Part shown: piece by piece, positions 31,528 to 40,833 of the stretch
Position numbering within the stretch: the stretch's first letter is position 1
Layout: every line of letters starts with the position of its first letter
Assembly (NCBI GenBank): GCA_965279515.1
Contig: CBDIID010000003.1
Coordinates: forward strand, 4,032,001 to 4,096,000
DNA length: 64,000 nucleotides
Direction: 5' to 3'
Source of the DNA: Turneriella sp.
GTDB lineage: Bacteria > Spirochaetota > Leptospiria > Turneriellales > Turneriellaceae
Translations under genes and position numbers: made by a program
The notes under the pieces: model-generated
What the model saw: only the letters and a program-made list of their open reading frames with translations
Told to the model about the DNA's origin: nothing
Database searches by the model: none

Positions 31528-31893
31528 TTAACCGAGGTCGTTCACGACTTCGCTGTTGCCATGGAGGCCCTGGGCCGTGATCAGGTAACGCACGAGAGCG
31601 GTGCGCAGGGTTCGCTGGTCCTTGGCTTTGATCTGGATGTCTTCCTTCAGCAAGTACCTGACGTAATCGGCTTCATGGTGGCATTTGACATAGGTTCTGA
31701 GCAGATCAAAATATCTTCGCTCCTGGTTTGCTTTGTCCCAGTGGTTGCCAAAGAGCCGCGCCATCTCAGCCCTGACTTCGGCATTGGATCGATGTTGCAG
31801 CAGAAAACGCAGCAGATACGCGGCTTCGAGAACACCTTTAAAACGGGTCTGGGCCGTAACGGGTGCTAATTTGGAGGTATGGATGATGGTCAT
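31528..31893 (-). CDS. hypothetical protein
   Basis: 121-aa ORF downstream of a near-consensus promoter; ends just upstream of the cyclase. Confidence 0.6.
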   Translation of the reverse strand: MTIIHTSKLAPVTAQTRFKGVLEAAYLLRFLLQHRSNAEVRAEMARLFGNHWDKANQERRYFDLLRTYVKCHHEADYVRYLLKEDIQIKAKDQRTLRTALVRYLITAQGLHGNSEVVNDLG

Positions 31894-31959
31894 AAGCGAA
31901 AGCGTGGATAAATGAAAACCTGGTTGATTTAACTTTGGCCCTCCATTGGATATTGGCTG

Positions 31960-31988
31960 ATCATATACTAATTAAAACCTTGTGTCAA
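31960..31988 (-). promoter_or_regulatory. sigma70 promoter
   Basis: TTGACA-17 bp-TATGAT on the minus strand. Confidence 0.75.
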
Positions 31989-32006
31989 GAGTCGACATGT
32001 GTAATC

Positions 32007-32026
32007 TCTAATACCTAGGTATTAGA
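32007..32026. promoter_or_regulatory. perfect 20-bp palindrome, putative operator
   Basis: TCTAATACCTAGGTATTAGA, 18 bp upstream of the -35 above. Confidence 0.6.
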
Positions 32027-32028
32027 AA

Positions 32029-33171
32029 TCACACTTTTTTATCCACCTCATGCAGAAATACGGTCAAGCGCTGTAACTTATCCTTTGCCGGCGATGCGGG
32101 AGTGTTGTCCCTGCCGATGGTCTTACGGTAAATGGACGAGAGATGCACTTTGAGGGTATTCGGTGAGAGTTGCATCTTTTTAGCAATGGCTGACCGGGAT
32201 AGCCCGTCGGCGATCAGGCAGCATAGCGTTGCTTCCTGGTAGGTGAGGTTATATGCCACCTGAAGGTGGGCAAACAGCGATTCGGTATTCTTCTCGCCGG
32301 TTCCAAGCTGCGGCCCGGAAGAGCGGAAAAATCTCTGGAAAAAAACAATCGCGATGAGCGCAGAGCCGCTGGTCAGAAAGACGTTGAGAACCTTATCCAC
32401 CGGCACGAAGAATTCATTGATGATCCAGGAAAACACCAAGGCGGCAGCGATGGCAGCAATGCCTCCGGCAATGCGCAGGTATTTATGGGAAGTCGCGGGC
32501 AGGTGTCCGGTTTCAAAGAGCGCCTTGGCAAAAAATACACAAACGGCGGCTTCGCTGGCGTTCCCCAGCGGAAAAATTTCCACGCCGAACACGGGCAGGT
32601 GGCAGGTAAGAGCACCGAGCCAGAAAACAATAAAGATGAAACGCATACGTTTTGTGAATGCCGTGTCCTGCTGCGGAAGGCTGAGCAGGTAAAAGCCCAC
32701 GACGACGCAATAGGCATTGCTAAAGGCATAAAGAGCGGCCCCACCACCGAGTAGCGGGTAGTATCCCCAATTATATTTCTGCAATCCGGAAATGAATAGC
32801 GTGTCACCGGCGGTAAACCAGAATGAGTATTCGAGGATTACCAGAATAACGATGGTCAAAAAATCCGCAATATGCGAAGCGAGGTTTTTCGGCTGCCCCG
32901 AGAGTGCAAAAGCGATACGCAGAAAGGCCCATGGAATCAAGGCGATAAAATGGTATCCAATAAACAGAATGACTTTTGCTTCGTTGTAAGATTTCGCCAA
33001 AAAGAGCTGCATCAGCGATAAATTCCACAGCGCCAGCGCCGCATAAAAGATAAACAGCGGCCAGGTGTACTTGCTCCGTGGTCTGCCGGAGAAAATCAGG
33101 AACAGCAATGCGCTATCGGCAAGAAAACCTGCCAGCGGAATCATGAAGTAGTATTGCAAAAGGGGATTCAC
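32029..33171 (-). CDS. membrane-bound one-component regulator (multi-TM sensor + LuxR HTH)
   Basis: Many TM helices, then LTYQEAT...LSPNTLKVHLSSIYRK. Confidence 0.85.
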   Translation of the reverse strand: MNPLLQYYFMIPLAGFLADSALLFLIFSGRPRSKYTWPLFIFYAALALWNLSLMQLFLAKSYNEAKVILFIGYHFIALIPWAFLRIAFALSGQPKNLASHIADFLTIVILVILEYSFWFTAGDTLFISGLQKYNWGYYPLLGGGAALYAFSNAYCVVVGFYLLSLPQQDTAFTKRMRFIFIVFWLGALTCHLPVFGVEIFPLGNASEAAVCVFFAKALFETGHLPATSHKYLRIAGGIAAIAAALVFSWIINEFFVPVDKVLNVFLTSGSALIAIVFFQRFFRSSGPQLGTGEKNTESLFAHLQVAYNLTYQEATLCCLIADGLSRSAIAKKMQLSPNTLKVHLSSIYRKTIGRDNTPASPAKDKLQRLTVFLHEVDKKV

Positions 33172-33452
33172 AAATCTTGCGGGAAGTTCCCGGAAACAAT
33201 CTCAGCGAAATTGCAGTCTCGTCTAAACTCCACACGTCAAGCGTAGCTTAAATTATAGAGAGTTTTTATCATGTCGAAAATCCACATGATTGTATAGGTT
33301 TTGACGACACTGCCATTGGATTGTTTTTCCCTCTTTCTGTGGCTGTTGCGCTCAGCCATGGCCTCCAGGCCGGCCTGATTTGCAGCGCTAGTCTTTGAGA
33401 AACAAATCCCGGGTGGCGCTGGGTCTCGGGAAGGCGGAGTGCCCCAGAGAAA

Positions 33453-34481
33453 ATGGCTGCGAACGAACGTGATTTTTTTTACCGTCTCACTCCCGATGAG
33501 ATTATCGATGCGGTGGTGAAACTTGGCCTCGAACCTTCGGGGCATGTCGCCCAACTCAATAGCATGGAGAACCGTGTCTTTGACCTGAGGCTCGAAAATG
33601 GCAGTCATGTCGTGACAAAGTTTTACCGTCCCGGCCGCTGGTCGGCGACGCAGATTCTCGAAGAACATGCATTCCTGTTCGATCTCAGGGAGAACGATGT
33701 GCCCGCGCTCGCGCCGCTGCAGTTTTCAGGCCAAAGTCTGTTCGAAGAGCAGGGCATCCACTTCGCGATCTGGCCGCGTACCGGTGGCCGTGAGCCCGAA
33801 GAGCTGAGCGAAATCGATCTGCAGATTCTCGGACGCCTGCTCGCGCGCCTGCACAATGTCGGTGCGGCGCGTTCTTTTAAAAGCAGGCCGCTCTTTACGG
33901 CAGAGCGCTTTGTGCACGAACCTGTGCAGGTGCTCAAAGACAAAAAATACCTGGGTTCGCAGTTTCAATCCCGCTATGAGGAACTGGCAGAAATCGTCGC
34001 CATTGCCTTTGCGCAGCGCGCGGCGGATGTACCGCTGCTGCCGATACACGGCGATCTGCATAAGGGCAATATTCTGAACGGCAGTGATGGCTGGTTTCTG
34101 CTCGATTTCGACGACTCGCTGACCGGGCCGGCGGTACAGGATGTCTGGATGATGTTCCCGGGTTCTTCCGCCGAGGCGCTCGCGGCGCGTGAAATTTTTC
34201 TCTCTGCGTACCGCGAGTTCCGTGAATTTGAAAACAGCTGGCTTGGCCTCGCCGAGGTGCTGAGAGCCATGCGGATTATCCACTATTCAGGCTGGATTGC
34301 GCGCCGCTATGACGATCCTTCGTTTTTGGCTGCCTTCCCGACCTTTGCCGATGATGCCTATTGGGAAGAGGAGATCGGCGTACTGTCCGATATCTGCGCC
34401 GCGCTTGACCCCGGCGCCGCTTCAGGTGGGCAGGGGGAGCAACTCAGCAATAAGGATTTCTTTTTCGACTGGGAGAAGTAG
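33453..34481 (+). CDS. srkA: stress response Ser/Thr kinase SrkA/RdoA
   Basis: LNSMENRV, KFYRPGRWS, HGDLHKGN, DFDD, GPAVQD. Confidence 0.93.
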   Translation: MAANERDFFYRLTPDEIIDAVVKLGLEPSGHVAQLNSMENRVFDLRLENGSHVVTKFYRPGRWSATQILEEHAFLFDLRENDVPALAPLQFSGQSLFEEQGIHFAIWPRTGGREPEELSEIDLQILGRLLARLHNVGAARSFKSRPLFTAERFVHEPVQVLKDKKYLGSQFQSRYEELAEIVAIAFAQRAADVPLLPIHGDLHKGNILNGSDGWFLLDFDDSLTGPAVQDVWMMFPGSSAEALAAREIFLSAYREFREFENSWLGLAEVLRAMRIIHYSGWIARRYDDPSFLAAFPTFADDAYWEEEIGVLSDICAALDPGAASGGQGEQLSNKDFFFDWEK

Positions 34482-34486
34482 GCAGG

Positions 34487-34657
34487 CTAGGGTTTTATTC
34501 CCTTCTCTTTCATTTCCTGTAATAGTTTTGCCGGATAGCCCGGACGACAAGGGCAGTTTTTCTGGTGCTGGCGATGCCAATCAACCCGCTGCTCGAATGT
34601 AGCATTCTTAGGCATGATGTTCTTCATATGCCAGACTTTATTGATTTTTGAAGTCAT
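34487..34657 (-). CDS. small protein with H-x2-H-x3-C-x-C motif (56 aa; not in the ORF track)
   Basis: RBS AGGAGAAG; MTSKINKVWHMKNIMPKNATFEQRVDWHRQHQKNCPCRPGYPAKLLQEMKEKGIKP; 20 bp downstream of pfkB. Confidence 0.75.
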   Translation of the reverse strand: MTSKINKVWHMKNIMPKNATFEQRVDWHRQHQKNCPCRPGYPAKLLQEMKEKGIKP

Positions 34658-34677
34658 GAGTTCTCTTCTCCTGCGCT

Positions 34678-35643
34678 TCAGCGCGCATGCAGATTAAATA
34701 CCTTATCCCGGCTGTCTTCGGCGGGCATCTGGCGGTAAAGTTGCCGGGCATCTTCGGCATGGAATAGCTCCGACCCGGCGTTCATCGTCGCAGCGGTACC
34801 GCAGGCGACACCAAAGCGAATGGCTTCAGAGAGCGTTGCCCCGGAAACCAGCATGTGAATGATGCCAGCCACCAGGCTGTCGCCGGCACCCACTGTGCTC
34901 AATTTTTTCACGGCAGGTGCAGCAACGTATTCGCTGAAATCGTGGCTAACCAAAAGCGCACCTTCGGCGCCGAAAGATACGACAACGATCTTGCACGCGC
35001 CGCTTTCAACGAGGCTGCGCGCAGCTGCTTCTGCCGTATCCCTCGTTAGCTTGGGCTGGCCTGTGAGTTCCGCGAGTTCCGATAAATTGGGTTTGATAAG
35101 ATAGGGGCGCTGCGCGACCGCGTGCCGAAGAGCAGTACCCGAGGTATCCACGGCGCAGCGAATACCACGCCGGTTTGCCGATTCCACAATGCGGGCAAAA
35201 AAATCTTCGCCAAATCCGCGCGGCAGGCTGCCGCTTGCCACGATAAACAGCGGGAAAGGCCGGATTGACTCCAGCAAATCCAGCATCTCGTCCTGGGTTT
35301 CATCCGGCATCGCGTCCGATGGCATGACAAAACGGTACTGTTTTCCCGTTGTATTTTCGAACAGCGTCAGGTTTTCCCGCGTTTCCGTGCCATGGGCTGC
35401 GACAGCATGAAATACGATGCGGTTTTGCCTTAACAGCTGCATCAGCAAATCGCCATTACGTCCACCCGATGCCAGAATCGCCTGTGCATCCATCCCGAGG
35501 GATACCAGGGCTTTTGCCACGTTGATGCCTCCGCCGCCGGCTTCAATTTTCACGCTGCTGCAGCGCATTTTTATGTCCGGCTGCAGAACTTCCGTCGAGA
35601 CATCTTTATCGAGACATGGATTGGGTGTAACCGTGACAACCAT
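34678..35643 (-). CDS. pfkB: PfkB family (1-/6-phosphofructokinase) hexose kinase
   Basis: VTVTPNPCLD, GGGGINVA, IKPNLSEL, STVGAGD; ATG 35643. Confidence 0.9.
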   Translation of the reverse strand: MVVTVTPNPCLDKDVSTEVLQPDIKMRCSSVKIEAGGGGINVAKALVSLGMDAQAILASGGRNGDLLMQLLRQNRIVFHAVAAHGTETRENLTLFENTTGKQYRFVMPSDAMPDETQDEMLDLLESIRPFPLFIVASGSLPRGFGEDFFARIVESANRRGIRCAVDTSGTALRHAVAQRPYLIKPNLSELAELTGQPKLTRDTAEAAARSLVESGACKIVVVSFGAEGALLVSHDFSEYVAAPAVKKLSTVGAGDSLVAGIIHMLVSGATLSEAIRFGVACGTAATMNAGSELFHAEDARQLYRQMPAEDSRDKVFNLHAR

Positions 35644-35644
35644 G

Positions 35645-36457
35645 CTAAGACAGCAAATAGCCGCCGTCGACGACGATGGTTTCCCCGGTAATATACCGCG
35701 AGGCATCGCTTGCAAGAAAAAGAACTGTCGCGGCAATATCGTCCGGCGTGCCTTGTCTTCCCATGGGGATCCGCGCCGTGAAGCTCTTCATTATATCTGC
35801 CATTTTTGCCGGAGCCGCATTCTCGGTGTTCACGATCGCAGACATAATTTTTGCCGCGCCGGGAGTTTCTATTCCACCGGGCGCCACAGCATTCACCGTA
35901 ATACCATGCGCCGACAGTTCGAGCGCCATTGACCTGGTCATCATCAGCATTCCGCCCTTCGACGCATCATAATGCACGAGATTGCCTGAGGGGTGCAGCG
36001 AATCGATCGAGGAGATATTGATTATCTTTCCGGGATTACCCTTTGCCTTCATCGCCATTGCCGCCTGCTGGGCATAAAAGAAAGCACCTTTCAGGTTGAT
36101 ATCGATCACCTTGTCCCAAAGCTCTTCACTTGTTTCCAGGAGCGGCGAAAATGGGAATATACCGGCATTATTCACGAGAATATCCAAGTGCGCGTAAGTT
36201 TCCATGGTCTTATTCACCGCACTCTTGATATCGCTGACCCGGCTTGCGTCGGCCACCACATAAGAGACTTTTCTGCCTGCGGTTTTCAGCGAAGCGCTCG
36301 CGGTTTTGCAGGCTTGTTCGTCTACATCCGCAATCATTACCGAAGCTCCCGCCTCAGCCAAACGGTCTACAATGCCAAGGCCGATGCCCATGGCGCCACC
36401 CGTAACAAGAGCCGTTTTTCCGCTCAAGTCAAACATCTCGCTGATATTCTTACGCAT
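35645..36457 (-). CDS. short-chain dehydrogenase/reductase
   Basis: TGGAMGIG, NNAG, YDASK, VDGG; RBS GAGGT. Confidence 0.92.
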   Translation of the reverse strand: MRKNISEMFDLSGKTALVTGGAMGIGLGIVDRLAEAGASVMIADVDEQACKTASASLKTAGRKVSYVVADASRVSDIKSAVNKTMETYAHLDILVNNAGIFPFSPLLETSEELWDKVIDINLKGAFFYAQQAAMAMKAKGNPGKIINISSIDSLHPSGNLVHYDASKGGMLMMTRSMALELSAHGITVNAVAPGGIETPGAAKIMSAIVNTENAAPAKMADIMKSFTARIPMGRQGTPDDIAATVLFLASDASRYITGETIVVDGGYLLS

Positions 36458-36487
36458 ATTTACCTCTTTCAATTGAATTGTTTAATC

Positions 36488-36554
36488 ATTATAGCCAGAA
36501 AAACCGCGCGGTCAATTCGGGTCGATACCGGCCAATGCGCGGACATTTACGTGG
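36488..36554 (-). promoter_or_regulatory. island operator 1 (degenerate) + promoter of SDR-pfkB
   Basis: Minus strand: CCACGTA-aatg-TCCGCGC, 21 bp, TTGACC-16-TATAAT. Confidence 0.65.
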
Positions 36555-36596
36555 TTTATAATGCCCGGCTGAGCCTGCACAGGCTGTTTTTGGGCA

Positions 36597-36664
36597 GCAC
36601 GTATTAATACCCGGAAATTCGGGGAATACGGGCAATTGACGCTCCACGATTTCCGGTATAAAAT
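36597..36664 (+). promoter_or_regulatory. island operator 2 + leaderless promoter of HDOD-cyclase
   Basis: GCACGTA-ttaa-TACCCGG, 21 bp, TTGACG-17-TAAAAT, ATG at 36671. Confidence 0.75.
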
Positions 36665-36670
36665 CAAAGA

Positions 36671-37555
36671 ATGACAAGCGAGCTTTTGACTTTAGAGGGA
36701 CTGGAAGTGACGCTGCGCAGCATGCACCTGCCGTTTCAGCCGCAGGTACTGTCGGCTATATTGCAGCTCAGGGAAGATACGCGCATGAACTTCGGCGAGC
36801 TTGATCGCCTGATTCGGGTTGATCAGAATATCGCCTCGCTGGTTCTTAAGGTCGCCAATTCCAGTTTTTATTCGCGCGGGCAGGAGATCCGCACGCTGCC
36901 CCAGGCGATCGGCATGATCGGCTTCAGGACAATCGTTTCCCTGGTTTCAGCAGTCGCGACAAAAGAGATATTCAGAAGCGGCGATTACGCGCGGTTTAAA
37001 AAGTATGTCTGGCAGCATTCGCTCGCGGTCTCCATCATCGGCAGAATTCTCTCTGAAAAGCTTGGGCTGACGGAACTGAAAGAAGAGGTATTTATCGGCG
37101 GCCTGCTGCACGACATCGGCAAGGTTGTCCTGAACCAGATCGACCGCCGGAAGTTTATCGCCGTACTCGATCAGACGCTGGGCTCGGAGAATCCCTTTGG
37201 GCAGGCGGAATTGGAGCACTTCGGAGTAGATCACGCTTCGGTCGGACAACTGATCATTAAGATATGGAATTTACCGTTGGTATACCGCGAGGTCACGGTT
37301 TTTCAGAATAGTCCCGGCAATCCCGGTATCATGAAGTTGCCGGAGAAGGACCGCAATATCATCCATGTTGTCGGGCTGGCCAATCTCATCGCTAAAATCC
37401 ATAATTTCGGCCATGCAGAGAAGGCTGTCGATGATCTGCTGGGAGAGTTCTATCGATTGCTGCGCATCGGTCCCGAACATGAAATCCACAAAATTCACTG
37501 GCCGACGGCAGTGACGGACGATCCGCATTTGCAGATGCTTTCCATGGTTCACTAA
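36671..37555 (+). CDS. HDOD domain protein
   Basis: VLKVANSSFY, AIGMIG, WQHSLAV, GLLHDIGK, DHASVG, WNLP. Confidence 0.92.
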   Translation: MTSELLTLEGLEVTLRSMHLPFQPQVLSAILQLREDTRMNFGELDRLIRVDQNIASLVLKVANSSFYSRGQEIRTLPQAIGMIGFRTIVSLVSAVATKEIFRSGDYARFKKYVWQHSLAVSIIGRILSEKLGLTELKEEVFIGGLLHDIGKVVLNQIDRRKFIAVLDQTLGSENPFGQAELEHFGVDHASVGQLIIKIWNLPLVYREVTVFQNSPGNPGIMKLPEKDRNIIHVVGLANLIAKIHNFGHAEKAVDDLLGEFYRLLRIGPEHEIHKIHWPTAVTDDPHLQMLSMVH

Positions 37556-37558
37556 GTT

Positions 37559-39316
37559 ATGCGTCCAGAAGTATCAGCAGCAACCGGCGCAGAAATGCAG
37601 ACCCATTTTGAGATCACGGCGTACGAACTTTATTCCGGTGTTCAGGAAAAGATCAAAGAGGAAATCCGCACACTATTGACCGGCCTGGGGAAACCGCGGC
37701 TCGCCGGCCCGGTCACGACCATGGTGCTCGAACTTGCTGCCAATGCCCTCAAGGCGCTCTATAAGTATGTCTTTTTCGAGTACGCTATCAAGGAATCCGG
37801 TCTTGCCGACCTGCCGTACGACGATTGGCATAATATTCTTAAAGAAGAGCTGGATACAAACAAAGCGCGCAATTTTGAAAAAATCTGCCGGGAGAAATCG
37901 CTCCGCCTGACGCTGCGCTGTCAGACGCGCGACGACAAACTGCGGTTCGAGGTTGAAAACGATGGCTCGCCATCGGCAAAGGAGCGGAAAGCGCTGCGCG
38001 CCATGCTCAAAGAAGCTTCGCATGCACAAAACCTTCAGGCATACCTTGCCATGGACGAAGGCGAAACAAGCGAAGTCACTGTCGAAGAAAAAGCAGGTTT
38101 TGGGCTCAGTCTCATTTTTCTGACGCTCACGGGCCTCGGGCTTGACCGGCATAATTTTCGTATACAGGTAAACTCCCGATCGACGACGGCGATTCTCGAA
38201 ATACCGTTTAGTGCTCTTGATGATAACGGCAGCGGCAAAATCCGCGTTCTGGGGACAGGCGAAGAAACCGGAAAAACTATCCTGGATGTGATTGATAACC
38301 TGCGTTTCGGCGTTGTCGTTTTCGACGAACGTGGCAATATACTCGAAGTCTCGGAAGCACTGCTCGAACAATTGAATCTGCCTGCCGATAAATCCGGGCA
38401 TTTCCATGAGCTGCTTAAGGCCCGCTTCACCGAAGATATTTTTTCAGGTCCATACAGCGTGCCCCTCGTCAATTCGTTCGAGAATTACCGCCTGAAAGTA
38501 CCGCGCTACGGTGATGATAAGGAAATTCTTTTCAATATCAGCGGTGTTCTGAATCCGCAGACCCGTCGCGTCGAGACCATCTGGCAAACCATCAATCTCG
38601 GTAAGGATATGGGAACGCTTTCGGAAGGTTCGATCTTCGAAAACGTCCACATCCAGAATATCGTCCGTCCCTATATCCCAGGCATGATTCTTGAAAAAGC
38701 GCATGCATCACTGCGCTCAGGGCGTTTTGTACTGGAGAATGAGCATCGTGAGGCTACGATTTTTTTTCTCGATCTTATCGGGTTTACCGCAATCAGTGAA
38801 AACCTTCCGCCCGCGAAAGTCATCGATCTGCTGAACCTCGCCATGGGTATTGCAGTAAAATCCATCGAAGGGAACCAGGGTTCGATCGATAAATTCATCG
38901 GCGACGGGATCCTGGCGATCTTTCCGGGCCCGTTACCGGCCGTCGTCGCGGCTTTTGAGATCCAGAATAATTTCAAGGGATTGAACGAATACCGCCGCGT
39001 CAGCGGTAGTCAACCCATTGAATTACGCATTGGCATCAATACGGGCATGGTCATTCTCGGCAGTGTGGGCACAAAGCGCCGTATGGACTTCACCGCCCTG
39101 GGCGATGTCGTCAACACAGCATCGCGCATCGAAAAATCTTCTGCTGCTAACAGTGTGCTCGTGAGTGATACCACCTATTCAAAAATCAAGGACCAGGTCA
39201 TTGTGAGCCGCTCATTTCAGCAAAAAGTAAAAGGTAAACAGAATGAAATTACCCTGCACTTTCTGAAGAAAGTTACCTATGAACACGCTGGCGTGACGAG
39301 GGTGCTGGAGTTGTAA
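37559..39316 (+). CDS. class III adenylate cyclase with N-terminal HATPase-like and PAS-like domains
   Basis: ELAANALKA, ENDG, AGFGL; PAS-like GVVVFDERGNI; LDLIGFT, DKFIGD, TALGDVVNTASR. Confidence 0.88.
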   Translation: MRPEVSAATGAEMQTHFEITAYELYSGVQEKIKEEIRTLLTGLGKPRLAGPVTTMVLELAANALKALYKYVFFEYAIKESGLADLPYDDWHNILKEELDTNKARNFEKICREKSLRLTLRCQTRDDKLRFEVENDGSPSAKERKALRAMLKEASHAQNLQAYLAMDEGETSEVTVEEKAGFGLSLIFLTLTGLGLDRHNFRIQVNSRSTTAILEIPFSALDDNGSGKIRVLGTGEETGKTILDVIDNLRFGVVVFDERGNILEVSEALLEQLNLPADKSGHFHELLKARFTEDIFSGPYSVPLVNSFENYRLKVPRYGDDKEILFNISGVLNPQTRRVETIWQTINLGKDMGTLSEGSIFENVHIQNIVRPYIPGMILEKAHASLRSGRFVLENEHREATIFFLDLIGFTAISENLPPAKVIDLLNLAMGIAVKSIEGNQGSIDKFIGDGILAIFPGPLPAVVAAFEIQNNFKGLNEYRRVSGSQPIELRIGINTGMVILGSVGTKRRMDFTALGDVVNTASRIEKSSAANSVLVSDTTYSKIKDQVIVSRSFQQKVKGKQNEITLHFLKKVTYEHAGVTRVLEL

Positions 39317-39437
39317 AGTCGCTGCACCTCTCCGGCGATGCTGGCGAGGGCCTCGTTTTGCACTCCTTGCATCGAGACGAGAGGATCGATAGTTGAGACT
39401 TCAACCGATCCGCTTTGTGTTTCACGTACTAGTACCC
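39317..39437 (-). pseudogene. remnant of a DUF302-like gene (C-terminal part)
   Basis: VLVRETQSGSVEVSTIDPLVSMQGVQNEALASIAGEVQRL resembles DUF302 C-termini; no matching N-terminal half. Confidence 0.6.
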
Positions 39438-39489
39438 GATTTATCGGAGAATTCCCCGGATTGACTTTTGCTGAAATTTTATTTAAGCG
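39422..39489 (+). promoter_or_regulatory. island operator 3 + promoter
   Basis: TCACGTA-ctag-TACCCGA, 21 bp, TTGACT-17-TAAGCG (weak -10). Confidence 0.7.
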
Positions 39490-39544
39490 TGCTATGCTCC
39501 GGTTCACCACCGGGTGCAGAAATAAAGCAACAGGAGATCAGTAT

Positions 39545-39940
39545 ATGCAAATAGTACATGTAAAAGTAAAGCTACTATGGGCGGTAAGCCTATTTATGAC
39601 CCTATCTATCGGCGCGGAAGGCATGGGGCAGGGTAAAGGGCTGAAAATGGGAGGGCCATGCCGTGAAGACCGAATGAAACATTGCTCGCATGCCATGGGG
39701 GATCATAGCGGGATGCTGCAATGCATGAACGACCACGAAAAAGATCTGAGTAATGCGTGTAGGGACCATAAGAATGCAATGAATGCGGATATGAAAAGTG
39801 CGCACGCTGCCTGTATGCCAGATATCGAAAAATTCTGCGCCGATGTTAAACCCGGTCAGGGCAGGATGCGTGATTGCCTCAGAAAGAATAAAGCAGGGCT
39901 TTCTCAAACCTGCAAAGATGCGCATAAAAATATCCAGTAA
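39545..39940 (+). CDS. exported cysteine-rich repeat protein
   Basis: RBS AGGAG, signal peptide, two C-x2-D-x4-C...C-x11-C repeats; Met/His rich. Confidence 0.8.
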   Translation: MQIVHVKVKLLWAVSLFMTLSIGAEGMGQGKGLKMGGPCREDRMKHCSHAMGDHSGMLQCMNDHEKDLSNACRDHKNAMNADMKSAHAACMPDIEKFCADVKPGQGRMRDCLRKNKAGLSQTCKDAHKNIQ

Positions 39941-39963
39941 AAAATAGCTCTGAAAGGTCATAC

Positions 39964-40131
39964 ATGGAAGAACTGTACTACTGGGAAACTTCAGTGAAGT
40001 GGACCGGCGAACGGAAGGGTGTGATGACATTTCCGGCAATTGCAGAAAACATAAAACCGGATTTTGTCCCGTTTAAATCAAAGTTCAAGGCCCAACCCAA
40101 AAGTCTGAGAAAACAAGAAAATAACCGTTGA
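39964..40131 (+). pseudogene. truncated OsmC-like gene (N-terminal remnant; not in the ORF track)
   Basis: MEELYYWETSVKWTGERKGVMTFPAIAENI resembles OsmC-family N-termini, then diverges and stops at 55 aa with no Cys. Confidence 0.5.
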
Positions 40132-40145
40132 AAAGGAGAAATAAA

Positions 40146-40754
40146 ATGAAAAAATTACAAGTTGTGTTTTTAATTGGGGCGATGGCGAGCAGCAAGCTGT
40201 TCGGCGCTGCAGATTCAGTAGCTGCGCCCCCAGCAACCGCCAGCGAAGTGAGTTCAAAACCAAAAACCGGCAGGTATCTCATGGCAGACATCACCGGGTA
40301 TGGCGGCAGTTTGTTCGCGCTTTACGGTAATGGGAGTTCCTTGAACGATACGGCGAGCGTTGGCTTGCGGGGCTTCGTTCATTTTGGCAACGCATTCAGA
40401 CTCGGCGCCATTGGCACGATGACGGGACGCACCAATACGGGTAATAATACCCGCGAAATGACGGGTAGTCTTGGGATATTTGGCGAGTTCTTATTGCGTT
40501 TTGACCCACTGATTATTGGCCTTGGTGTAAAAGCCGCTGGTGCTGGTTATAGCTCACATGACCGGGGCACCCAGGTAAGCGGGACAAGTTATGGTTATTT
40601 CAATGCCATGCCATTTGCAGAGCTTGAAATGCGGCTTTTTGAATGGGTTTCGCTTAGTATTTACGGCGGCTACGACTATTTCGTAGGCAACAGTGCAAGC
40701 CCGAACGTTTCGCAGCCGGTTGTGGGTGTGGCTGTGACATTCGCGCGCTACTGA
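40146..40754 (+). CDS. putative outer-membrane beta-barrel protein
   Basis: RBS AAGGAG, signal peptide, alternating Gly/aromatic strands, terminal aromatic residue. Confidence 0.7.
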   Translation: MKKLQVVFLIGAMASSKLFGAADSVAAPPATASEVSSKPKTGRYLMADITGYGGSLFALYGNGSSLNDTASVGLRGFVHFGNAFRLGAIGTMTGRTNTGNNTREMTGSLGIFGEFLLRFDPLIIGLGVKAAGAGYSSHDRGTQVSGTSYGYFNAMPFAELEMRLFEWVSLSIYGGYDYFVGNSASPNVSQPVVGVAVTFARY

Positions 40755-40833
40755 GTTTGGTATACCACTTAGGAGAAGGCCAATATGCTTATTGGCCTTA
40801 GATGTTTCGGGCATGCCAAGGCGTTTCCGAAAT

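Noticed and set aside
33172..33452. Long intergenic region with overlapping ORF 33237-33668
   Set aside because: The ORF is largely antisense to srkA; no credible small gene or RNA structure was seen.
39338..39544. N-terminal extension of ORF 39338-39940
   Set aside because: It overlaps the operator, promoter and DUF302 remnant; ATG 39545 has an RBS and a signal peptide.
40776..40799. 10-bp hairpin after the OM barrel gene
   Set aside because: No U-tract; at best a weak terminator.
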